Assembly: GCA_002729235.1 (NCBI GenBank)
Contig: PBTY01000045.1
Coordinates: 359-64,358, forward strand
Direction of reading: 5' to 3'
DNA length: 64,000 nucleotides
Source of the DNA: Rickettsiales bacterium
GTDB lineage: Bacteria > Bacteroidota > Bacteroidia > Cytophagales > Cyclobacteriaceae
Each line of letters opens with the position of its first letter. Position 1 is the first letter of the stretch. This document shows positions 9,699-18,032 of this stretch, one piece after another. Both the position numbers and the translations under genes were made by a program. Below the pieces are notes generated by a model that had not been told where the DNA came from, did not search any database, and saw only the letters and a list, made by a program, of their open reading frames with translations.

Positions 9699-12600
9699 AT
9701 GAAGAGAAATTACCTTAAGCGAAATGAATGGGGCTTGCGATTGTTAAAGTTAACAATTCAATCCTTGTTTGGCCTGGTATTGCTGTTTGTTGGCTTTGCG
9801 GCCACTGCGCAGGAGCAGGTGATCACGGGTAGAATAATTGACGCTGAAACGAAAGAGTCAATACCCGGTGCAACCATTCTGGTGAAAGGCACACAGAATG
9901 GAGCGATATCAGATCTGGATGGAAATTTCAGATTGCAAATTGGACCTGATGAGGATCAGGTTTTGGTTGTATCCTTCGTAGGGTACAAATCTCAGGAAGT
10001 TTCAGTAATAGGTAGAAGCACTGTCGAAGTAAGTCTGATGATGGATGTTGCTGCGCTGGAAGAAGTTGTTGTTGTTGGATATGGAACTCAAAAGAAAGCA
10101 TTGAACACAGGTGCAAACTTAAAAGTCTCTGGAGAAGACATCCAGAAACTAAGTACGACCAACGCACTTCAAGGTTTGCAAGGACAAACTCCAGGGGTTC
10201 AGCTATCATCCACCTCAGGTCAACCAGGTTCTGGTATGCGAGTGGTAATTCGTGGAGCTGGATCATTAAGTGGTTCAGGACCACTTTACGTTGTTGATGG
10301 AGTGCTTACTGGTGATGTTTCTTACCTAAACCCTGCGGACATTGCTTCTGTCGATATCTTAAAAGATGCGGCATCAGCTGCTATTTATGGTTCACAGGCA
10401 GCAAACGGAGTAGTGCTAATTACCACCAAAAAAGGTAAAGCTGGACAATCACGCGTGACATTCGACTCCTATTATGGGGTTCAAAATGTTGCTCGCAAAG
10501 CGGATATGTTAAATGCCAGAGAGTATGCTACTATTATGAATGAAGCTGCGATTAACTCAGGCAAGGTTCCCTACTTCTCCAATGCGGAGATTGATTCACT
10601 GGCAGCAAACGCCAATACCAATTGGATGGACCAAATGTTTGTGGAAAATGCAGTGACTCAAAACTATGCACTTGGTTTCTCTGGTGGTACAGAGACCTCT
10701 AACTTCTCTACCTCACTGTCTTATACTGGACAGGAAGGGATCGTTGGTGGCGCAGCCCTCTCTAATTACGAACGCTATGGTTTTAGAATCAACTCAGAGA
10801 AATCAATGTTCGATGGGTTCTTAACTATTGGAGAGAATCTGACATTCGCATATACCAATAGCAATGGTATTGGTGTTGGAAATCAATACAACAACTCCTT
10901 AAGAGGTGCTTTCAATACGAGTCCGTTTTTGCCAATGTACGATTCGTTGGGCAACTTCTATGACAATAGCAACTCTACCTGGTATAATGGGGAATCCAAC
11001 CCGTATGCCACCATGGTTTACAACAATCAGAATGAAAACAATGGTCAAAAACTATTGGGTAACATTTATGCGGAGTTGAAGCCAATCAAAGGATTGAGTA
11101 TTAAGACAAGACTTGGTGTGGACTATTATGCTAATGAAGGACATTCGTTCTCTCCAGAGTATCAATTGTCCATTTATGCATTTAGAAATTACACTGAAGT
11201 GAGTCAAAGCATGTCGAAAGGGCGTTCGTTGCTTTGGGATAACTGGGCAAGTTACGATGTAAACATTGCCAAGCATGGATTAGGTTTCATGGTTGGATCT
11301 TCTATGTATCAGTTCCAGGGTTCTAGCATGTACACTGCTAATAGAGATGCAGTATTTAGCGATTTGGAACATGCTTACATTAACAACACCACTAACACTA
11401 ACGGAGCCAATATTTCCATTAATGGAACCGGTGATAACCCTGACAATAGATTGTCTTATTTCGCTCGTGTAAACTACAATTTCAATGAGAAATACTTGTT
11501 GAATGCAACATTCAGAGCGGATGGTTCTTCACGATTTGCTGAAGGAAATCAGTGGGGTTACTTCCCATCAGTGAGTGCTGGTTGGGTAGCAACGGAGGAA
11601 GGATTCTTGAAGTCTAATAACGTCATCCGTTTCTTGAAAGTAAGAGCTAGCTGGGGGCAAGTAGGTAACCAAAATGTTGGAGCCTATCAGTATCTGGCAC
11701 CAATTGCTACGATGAATACGAACTATGTGTTTGGAGTGGAAGAAGGAGCCTTAACTCCAGGTGCATATCCAAGCAGATTGTCTAACCCGAATTTGCAATG
11801 GGAAACAGCAGAGCAATTGAATGTTGGGTTTGATTCTCGCTTGATTAATGGTGGTCTGAACCTAAGTGTTGACTGGTATAAGAAAACCAACAAAGACTGG
11901 TTAATTGTAGCGCCAGTTCTGGCTACGGCAGGCGCTGACGCCCCATATATCAATGGTGGAGATGTAATCAATACTGGTATTGAGATGGCCCTGACTTACA
12001 ATTCCAACTTTGGAGATCTGTATTACACTGTTGGTGTGAATGGATCTTACAACCAAAATGAAGTGGGTGAAATCCCAACAAGTGATGGAATCATTCACGG
12101 AGCATCCAACCAGTTGTTTGATAACTCACTAGAGTTTTATCGCGCACAAAGTGGATTCCCAATTGGTTATTTCTGGGGTCTTGAAACAGATGGAATCTTC
12201 CAAAACGAAGCAGAAGTAGCTGCTCACTCAACAGGAGAAGGCTTGATCCAGCCAGATGCTCAGCTTGGTGATGTTCGATATGTTGACCAAAACAATGATG
12301 GTATTATCAATGACAATGACCGTATAGAACTAGGTAATCCTAACCCTGACTTCATTTTCGGTTTCAATATTGCATTGGATTACAAAGGATTTGATTTCTC
12401 GATTTTGGGTTCAGGTGTTGCTGGAAACCAAATTGTTCAATCATATAGAAATCACGCCAATCAGTATGCTAACTACACTTCTGAAATTCTCAACAGATGG
12501 CATGGAGAAGGTACTTCTACTACGATGCCTCGGGTAACTGAGAATTCTTCTAACTGGTTGCAGTTCTCAGACTTATATGTGAAAGATGGAGACTACCTGA

Positions 12601-12842
12601 GAATCAGCAATGTGACTGTAGGTTACGATTTCAAAAACCTCATTCCTGGTGATCATTTCGGTAAGCTTAGACTGTATGCTTCTGTCTTGAATGCCTTCAC
12701 TTTTACTAACTACACAGGTATGGATCCAGAGATTGGCTATGGTATTGACAATGGAGAAACAGATCGATTCTCCTCTGGTATCGATTTGGGATACTATCCA
12801 AGACCTAGAACGATCATGGTTGGTTTAAATGTGTCATTCTAA
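9699..12842 (+). CDS. SusC/RagA-family TonB-dependent outer-membrane transporter
   Basis: 1047 aa. Signal ...FVGFAATAQEQ. Carboxypeptidase-regulatory-like domain ITGRIIDAETKESIPGATILVKGTQNGAISDLDGNFRL. Plug region VVVVGYGTQKK. The barrel ends in ...RTIMVGLNVSF. A SusD-like gene follows immediately. Confidence 0.9.
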   Translation: MKRNYLKRNEWGLRLLKLTIQSLFGLVLLFVGFAATAQEQVITGRIIDAETKESIPGATILVKGTQNGAISDLDGNFRLQIGPDEDQVLVVSFVGYKSQEVSVIGRSTVEVSLMMDVAALEEVVVVGYGTQKKALNTGANLKVSGEDIQKLSTTNALQGLQGQTPGVQLSSTSGQPGSGMRVVIRGAGSLSGSGPLYVVDGVLTGDVSYLNPADIASVDILKDAASAAIYGSQAANGVVLITTKKGKAGQSRVTFDSYYGVQNVARKADMLNAREYATIMNEAAINSGKVPYFSNAEIDSLAANANTNWMDQMFVENAVTQNYALGFSGGTETSNFSTSLSYTGQEGIVGGAALSNYERYGFRINSEKSMFDGFLTIGENLTFAYTNSNGIGVGNQYNNSLRGAFNTSPFLPMYDSLGNFYDNSNSTWYNGESNPYATMVYNNQNENNGQKLLGNIYAELKPIKGLSIKTRLGVDYYANEGHSFSPEYQLSIYAFRNYTEVSQSMSKGRSLLWDNWASYDVNIAKHGLGFMVGSSMYQFQGSSMYTANRDAVFSDLEHAYINNTTNTNGANISINGTGDNPDNRLSYFARVNYNFNEKYLLNATFRADGSSRFAEGNQWGYFPSVSAGWVATEEGFLKSNNVIRFLKVRASWGQVGNQNVGAYQYLAPIATMNTNYVFGVEEGALTPGAYPSRLSNPNLQWETAEQLNVGFDSRLINGGLNLSVDWYKKTNKDWLIVAPVLATAGADAPYINGGDVINTGIEMALTYNSNFGDLYYTVGVNGSYNQNEVGEIPTSDGIIHGASNQLFDNSLEFYRAQSGFPIGYFWGLETDGIFQNEAEVAAHSTGEGLIQPDAQLGDVRYVDQNNDGIINDNDRIELGNPNPDFIFGFNIALDYKGFDFSILGSGVAGNQIVQSYRNHANQYANYTSEILNRWHGEGTSTTMPRVTENSSNWLQFSDLYVKDGDYLRISNVTVGYDFKNLIPGDHFGKLRLYASVLNAFTFTNYTGMDPEIGYGIDNGETDRFSSGIDLGYYPRPRTIMVGLNVSF

Positions 12843-12855
12843 AACAAACTCAAAA

Positions 12856-14442
12856 ATGAAATCAATAAAGATACTAATCATTACTGTTGCCACTTTGGGT
12901 TTGGTGAGCTGTGAGGACTTCCTCACCACTGAGCCACTCACTACGGTGACTGATGTTAATTATTACAAGACTCCAGGAGATGCTTATACCGCTCTTGTGG
13001 GTTGCTATGATGGTCTTCAGACGGTTTGGTCAAATGCCGTATCTGTGCCATTGGTAAGTGAAATCATGTCTGATAATTGCTATGGAGGATTTGGAGCATC
13101 TGATGCTTACAATTTCCAGGCAATCGACGAGTTCAACATAGATCGAGCACCTTCTTATCAAAACCTATATGGTGATAATTGGTCTGCTTACTACGAAGCG
13201 GTATACCGATGCAATGTGTTGCTTGGTAAAATGGACCAAATTGAATGGGGTACTGAGGAGAACCTAAGAGCAGGTTATGAAGCTGAAGCAAGATTCATCA
13301 GAGCATACTTGTACTTTGACATGGTAAGACTTTGGGGAAATATTCCTTTGATCACTGAACCAACTACAGACAATGTGCAGCAAGCTGCGCCTGCTGATGT
13401 TTACAAATTGATCGCAGAAGACCTGGTATTTGCTGCTGCAAATCTAGATGGTGACCCTTACACGTCACAAAACCCGTCAACTTACGGCAGAGTGACCAAG
13501 TGGGCTGCTGAAGCTTTGATCGGAAGAGCTTACTTGTACTACACAGGGTACTATGGTCAGAGTGATTTGGCTGGAGTAGTAAGTGGTACTCAGGCTTTAG
13601 CCTATTTAGAGGATGTAATCGCAAACGGTGGGTTTGGTCTGGTAGAGGATTTTGCTAATCTATGGCCTGCAGCTTCTGGTGCAAATTATGCTGGAGAGGA
13701 TAACAAAGAGACCGTATTCGCCATCAAGTATACCTATACCAGTGATTACAATGGTAATACGGATGGTAACCACTGGTTGGTGATGTTTGGGATGAGAGAG
13801 CAGTCTTTCTATCCGTATGGAAACGGATGGGGCGGAGGTACTGTTAATCCAAAACTTTGGAATGCCTATGCTGATACGGATACCAGAAAAGTTGCTTCTA
13901 TTATCTCGGTAGAAGACGAAGAACTCGATTTTGATGAGACGCGTCAGCGTGAATACACAGGATACTATACTAAAAAGTATACTCCACTTTCTGATGCAGA
14001 TGGAAATAGTGTGGCGGTAGAGCTTGGTGGTACCAACTTCATGATTGGTCAGTTTCAGGATTATGTATCCATACGCTATGCAGATGTACTATTGATGGCT
14101 GCTGAGCTGGGAAGTGCCAATGCACAGTCTTATTTTGATATGGTTCGTCAGAGAGCTTACGGTGATGCGTTTACTGCTCTTTCACCTACCACAGCCAACA
14201 TCATGAACGAACGCTATTTAGAGTTTGCTTTGGAAGGAATCAGATACTATGACTTATTACGTCAGGGGTTGGATGTGGCCAGTGCCGCCATCACCGAAAC
14301 CACTACACTATTGAGTGGGGGTGCTGAAGAAACCGTTACTATTTCTGCAGAGAATTTTATGGAAACGCAAGGACTTCAGCAGATTCCTTACACACAAATA
14401 ACCTTATCCAGTGGTGTATTGAAACAAAATGCCGGCTGGTAA
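12856..14442 (+). CDS. SusD/RagB-family nutrient-binding outer-membrane lipoprotein
   Basis: Track ORF is 12829-14442. The ATG at 12856 gives MKSIKILIITVATLGLVSCEDF (lipobox). SusD-type helices are RFIRAYLYFDMVRLWGNIPL, RYADVLLMAAE and RYLEFALEGIRYYDLLR. It starts 13 nt after the SusC stop. Confidence 0.9.
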   Translation: MKSIKILIITVATLGLVSCEDFLTTEPLTTVTDVNYYKTPGDAYTALVGCYDGLQTVWSNAVSVPLVSEIMSDNCYGGFGASDAYNFQAIDEFNIDRAPSYQNLYGDNWSAYYEAVYRCNVLLGKMDQIEWGTEENLRAGYEAEARFIRAYLYFDMVRLWGNIPLITEPTTDNVQQAAPADVYKLIAEDLVFAAANLDGDPYTSQNPSTYGRVTKWAAEALIGRAYLYYTGYYGQSDLAGVVSGTQALAYLEDVIANGGFGLVEDFANLWPAASGANYAGEDNKETVFAIKYTYTSDYNGNTDGNHWLVMFGMREQSFYPYGNGWGGGTVNPKLWNAYADTDTRKVASIISVEDEELDFDETRQREYTGYYTKKYTPLSDADGNSVAVELGGTNFMIGQFQDYVSIRYADVLLMAAELGSANAQSYFDMVRQRAYGDAFTALSPTTANIMNERYLEFALEGIRYYDLLRQGLDVASAAITETTTLLSGGAEETVTISAENFMETQGLQQIPYTQITLSSGVLKQNAGW

Positions 14443-14466
14443 TCAAAGACACAAAAAAGCATTGAC

Positions 14467-16425
14467 ATGAAAAAAATAGTAAACATACTTTCATTAACGC
14501 TGGCAGCTGTCTTGATCATGACTGGCTGTCAAATGGATGAGCCGGAGTTGGATGGATTGATCCAATCTACTTCGCTTAACTATGAGATTACGCAAAATCC
14601 AGAAGATCCAAACATGGTAATTCTGGAGAGTTTGACTCCCGGGGTAATCCCAATGTGGGTAACGCCAATGGGTCGTTCAACTAAAGTTAAGGATACGGTA
14701 AGACTTCCATTCTCTGGATCTTATCAGTTCGTTTACAACGTATCTGGCGCAGGAGGTTTTGTAGCTGGTGATACCACTACTTTGGAAATCACTACTATGA
14801 ACCTTTCCTATGTAGATGATCCACTTTGGAATACACTCACCGGAGGAGTTGGAGAGTCAAAAACATGGCTTCTGGATTTAAACGCTGATGGTGTTTCCAA
14901 ATATTGGCTTGGCCCAATGTATTTCTCAGGAGATGTCTGGAGATGGGGTAATACTTGTTCAGAAGAAGGTGATAAATGTTGGATCTGGGAAGCAGACTGG
15001 GCTAGCAATGGTTGGATCGCTGCTGCCAATGATTATGGTACGATGACCTTCAGCCTTGAGGGTGGAGCGTTCATTACAGTTGATCACCAAAACTCTCCAG
15101 GTAGAGGTGCAGAAAGTGGAACGTTCTTCCTCGATGCAGATGCTAAGATTCTGTCCATGACAGATGCCGCTCCATTAATGAATGATTGGGCTGATGGTGC
15201 CAATATCGCAGATTGGAGTAAGGGGTATTTGATTTCCTTGACTGAAGATGCTATGCAGATTGGCTACAAGGACAAAGGAAAAGAAGAGTTTATCATCTTC
15301 AATTATATCTCTAAAGACTACAGCGATAACTGGGTGCCGGAAGATACCCCGGATCCAGAGCCTCCATATGATGGGGATGCTAATGATGACCTGACTACCA
15401 ATACGTCTACTTCCAAAACATGGGCTGTTGATTTGGCTTATCCATACAACTGGCATGATTTGGCTGGTACAGCCTTGAATGAAGTAGCCACCTATGGTAC
15501 CGATCCAGAAGGGTTTGCCTTCACAACCTGGGCACCTCCGTATGATGCTGATGTGTTTGGAGGAGTGTCTATGTCTTTGACCAAAGATGATGATGCAGGA
15601 GGTTCTTATGTGATCACAACAGCAACAGATACTTATGAGGGAACCTACACTGTGAATGAAAATAACGAGATCGATTTTGGTCAGTCTATTTCCTTCTTTG
15701 CGGGAGTTGGCGGTTGGTTAAATTTCGGAACTACAGATGCCAATACATTGCGAATCATCATGGCAGAAGAAACTGCAGGAGCCGTTACAGGAATTTGGTT
15801 GGGTCAGAAAGCAGCTGATAAGCCAGAGTACCTATCCATCCACTTGAAAGCAACTGGTGGAGGAGGAGGTTCTGATCCGGGAGAAGCACTAAAGAGTGTA
15901 TTGGTGTCTAATCCATGGAAAATTGATAGCAACAGATCTTATGATGTAGAGACAAGCTGGGGAGCCGAGCAGGGTCCAATGATTTTCTCTGACTTTGCAA
16001 GTTGGGCATGGAATCCGCTTCCAGGTGAGCACTATGCATCAGGTGAAGCTGATGTGGATTATGGTAGCATGACTTTTAATGAAGATGGTACGGTAACAAT
16101 CGTTCAGCGTAAGCGAATCTACACTTATGAAGAAGGAGGCGAAACCTTGGTTCGTGATGGACTGCCGGCAGATGGAGATGTTCTTGCCACTGATGAAGAG
16201 GTGACTCTCAATGGTATCTGGGCTTTGGATTTGGATAACAATAAGTTAAGAATTTCAGTGCCAATGTTGCACCCGTGGACATGTGACTATGCCGTGAGAG
16301 AATGGGGTGAACTCACCATTTACAAGGCAGAAGATGGCGTGTTGATCTTGAAGGTACTGAGAGATGCTGAATTATCAGGCGAAGATGAATTTTTGATGGC
16401 ATATGTGTTTGTGCCAGGTGAATAA
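14467..16425 (+). CDS. Surface lipoprotein in the SusE/F position; candidate surface glycan-binding protein (SGBP)
   Basis: 652 aa. MKKIVNILSLTLAAVLIMTGCQ is a lipobox. The gene sits directly after SusD. I recognise no catalytic motifs. The sequence contains three tandem copies of one module (see findings). Confidence 0.6.
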   Translation: MKKIVNILSLTLAAVLIMTGCQMDEPELDGLIQSTSLNYEITQNPEDPNMVILESLTPGVIPMWVTPMGRSTKVKDTVRLPFSGSYQFVYNVSGAGGFVAGDTTTLEITTMNLSYVDDPLWNTLTGGVGESKTWLLDLNADGVSKYWLGPMYFSGDVWRWGNTCSEEGDKCWIWEADWASNGWIAAANDYGTMTFSLEGGAFITVDHQNSPGRGAESGTFFLDADAKILSMTDAAPLMNDWADGANIADWSKGYLISLTEDAMQIGYKDKGKEEFIIFNYISKDYSDNWVPEDTPDPEPPYDGDANDDLTTNTSTSKTWAVDLAYPYNWHDLAGTALNEVATYGTDPEGFAFTTWAPPYDADVFGGVSMSLTKDDDAGGSYVITTATDTYEGTYTVNENNEIDFGQSISFFAGVGGWLNFGTTDANTLRIIMAEETAGAVTGIWLGQKAADKPEYLSIHLKATGGGGGSDPGEALKSVLVSNPWKIDSNRSYDVETSWGAEQGPMIFSDFASWAWNPLPGEHYASGEADVDYGSMTFNEDGTVTIVQRKRIYTYEEGGETLVRDGLPADGDVLATDEEVTLNGIWALDLDNNKLRISVPMLHPWTCDYAVREWGELTIYKAEDGVLILKVLRDAELSGEDEFLMAYVFVPGE

Positions 16426-16441
16426 TTAGTAGTTAGACAAT

Positions 16442-16476
16442 AAATAGCTGGGTTGGTTTCCAACTCAGCTATTTTT
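16442..16476 (+). terminator. Intra-operon hairpin / possible partial terminator between the SGBP and GH5 genes
   Basis: AGCTGGGTTGG (16446-16456), loop TTT, CCAACTCAGCT (16460-16470, one G-U pair), followed by ATTTTT. Confidence 0.45.
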
Positions 16477-16506
16477 AAACAAAACAGCTTAAGAGGGAAA
16501 TAGAAC

Positions 16507-18024
16507 ATGATCAGGGCATTAAAACATCTATTAATTTTCGCTGGATTATTGCTGATGATGCAAATCGCGGCATGCAATGAAGGGGACAATCCAGATCCCG
16601 AACCAGAGGAGGAGATTATCCTGTCCACCGACCTCACCTCATTGAATTTTGATGCGGATGGGGGTACTCAATCCCTTGTCATCACGAGCAATGTCATCTG
16701 GACTTTGGAATACACGTCCAATTCCTGGGCGCGATCTTCTTTACAATCCACAAAAGGTAATGCTTCAGTGCAGATCACTGCAGACAAGAATGAAACCACA
16801 GAGTCTCGGGAAATGACCTTCACTTTATCTGCAGATGGAGCTGAATCCATTTCCATTAACGTTTCTCAGGAACCTGGTGAAGAAGAGGTGGTTGTTGTCG
16901 AGCCAGATCTAGAGGATTACATCGATCCGGATAATACCGACATGAGAAACCTGACCTCATTTGAACTCGCTGCTGAGATGGGGGTAGGATGGAATTTAGG
17001 AAATTCACTAGAAGCCATGCTCAGCAACAATGGAGTGTTATCTGGTAATGAGACATCATGGGGCAATCCTGTGATTACCAAACAATTAATTGACTCAATT
17101 AAGGCTGCAGGATTTAATACCATCAGATTGCCTGTGGCCTGGTCACATCAGTTTGATGATGAAGAAACGTTTGATATCAGCTATGAATGGAAACTGCGTG
17201 TGGAGGAAGTGGTGAATTATGCCCTGGATAATGACATGTATGTGATGATGAACATCCACTGGGATGGAGGTTGGTTGAATGATCCTGTTTATGAAAAGCA
17301 GGAAGAACTCAACGATCGATTGGAAATCATGTGGAAACAAATAGCCAAGTTTTTCAGGGATTATGATGATCACTTGCTATTTGCAGGAACCAATGAAGTT
17401 TTGTTGGAAGGAGATTATGGTACGCCAACCGCAGAGTATGTAGAAGTGCAAAATTCATTTAATCAGACATTTATCAACACAGTAAGAGCTACTGGTGGAC
17501 GAAATGCTTACAGGCACCTTGTTGTACAAACATTCAATACCAACATCAGTCATGGGATTAACTACTTTGAGGTACCGGAAGATGAAATTGAGGATCGAAT
17601 GATGGTAGAGGTCCATTTTTATGATCCATACCAGTTCACATTGGACGCCAACTCAGGAGTATACCTTTGGGGTGAGGCGAACGCCGGTTCAGTTGCTCAT
17701 TCAGATTGGGGTGATGAAGATTGGGTAGATGATATATTTGGTCAGGTGCTGACTCATTTTGTTAATGGTGGCTACCCGGTTATTTTGGGAGAGTATGCTG
17801 CTTCTTTAAGAACAAATTTGTCTGAAGATGCTTATGCCAAGCACATTGAATCAAGAAATTACTATCTTAACTACGTAACAAAAACAGCCCTCAAAAATGA
17901 TATGGTACCTGTCTATTGGGACAACGGACATACAGGTGACACTGGGTCCGGTCTGTTCAATCGCGCCGATGGTTCAAAGGCACATCCTGATGCATTAGAG
18001 GCAATCATTTCTGCAAAAGAGTAA
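16507..18024 (+). CDS. BACON-domain plus GH5 endo-beta-1,4-glucanase (xyloglucanase-like architecture)
   Basis: 505 aa. Lipobox MMQIAACNEG. BACON-like N-terminal domain LSTDLTSLNFDADGGTQSLVITSNVIWTLEY...ASVQITADKNETTESREMTFTLSA. GH5 motifs GWNLGNSLEA, FNTIRLPVAW, MMNIHWDGGW, LLFAGTNEVL (NE acid/base) and VILGEYAAS (nucleophile Glu). Confidence 0.85.
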   Translation: MIRALKHLLIFAGLLLMMQIAACNEGDNPDPEPEEEIILSTDLTSLNFDADGGTQSLVITSNVIWTLEYTSNSWARSSLQSTKGNASVQITADKNETTESREMTFTLSADGAESISINVSQEPGEEEVVVVEPDLEDYIDPDNTDMRNLTSFELAAEMGVGWNLGNSLEAMLSNNGVLSGNETSWGNPVITKQLIDSIKAAGFNTIRLPVAWSHQFDDEETFDISYEWKLRVEEVVNYALDNDMYVMMNIHWDGGWLNDPVYEKQEELNDRLEIMWKQIAKFFRDYDDHLLFAGTNEVLLEGDYGTPTAEYVEVQNSFNQTFINTVRATGGRNAYRHLVVQTFNTNISHGINYFEVPEDEIEDRMMVEVHFYDPYQFTLDANSGVYLWGEANAGSVAHSDWGDEDWVDDIFGQVLTHFVNGGYPVILGEYAASLRTNLSEDAYAKHIESRNYYLNYVTKTALKNDMVPVYWDNGHTGDTGSGLFNRADGSKAHPDALEAIISAKE

Positions 18025-18032
18025 TTAACTGA

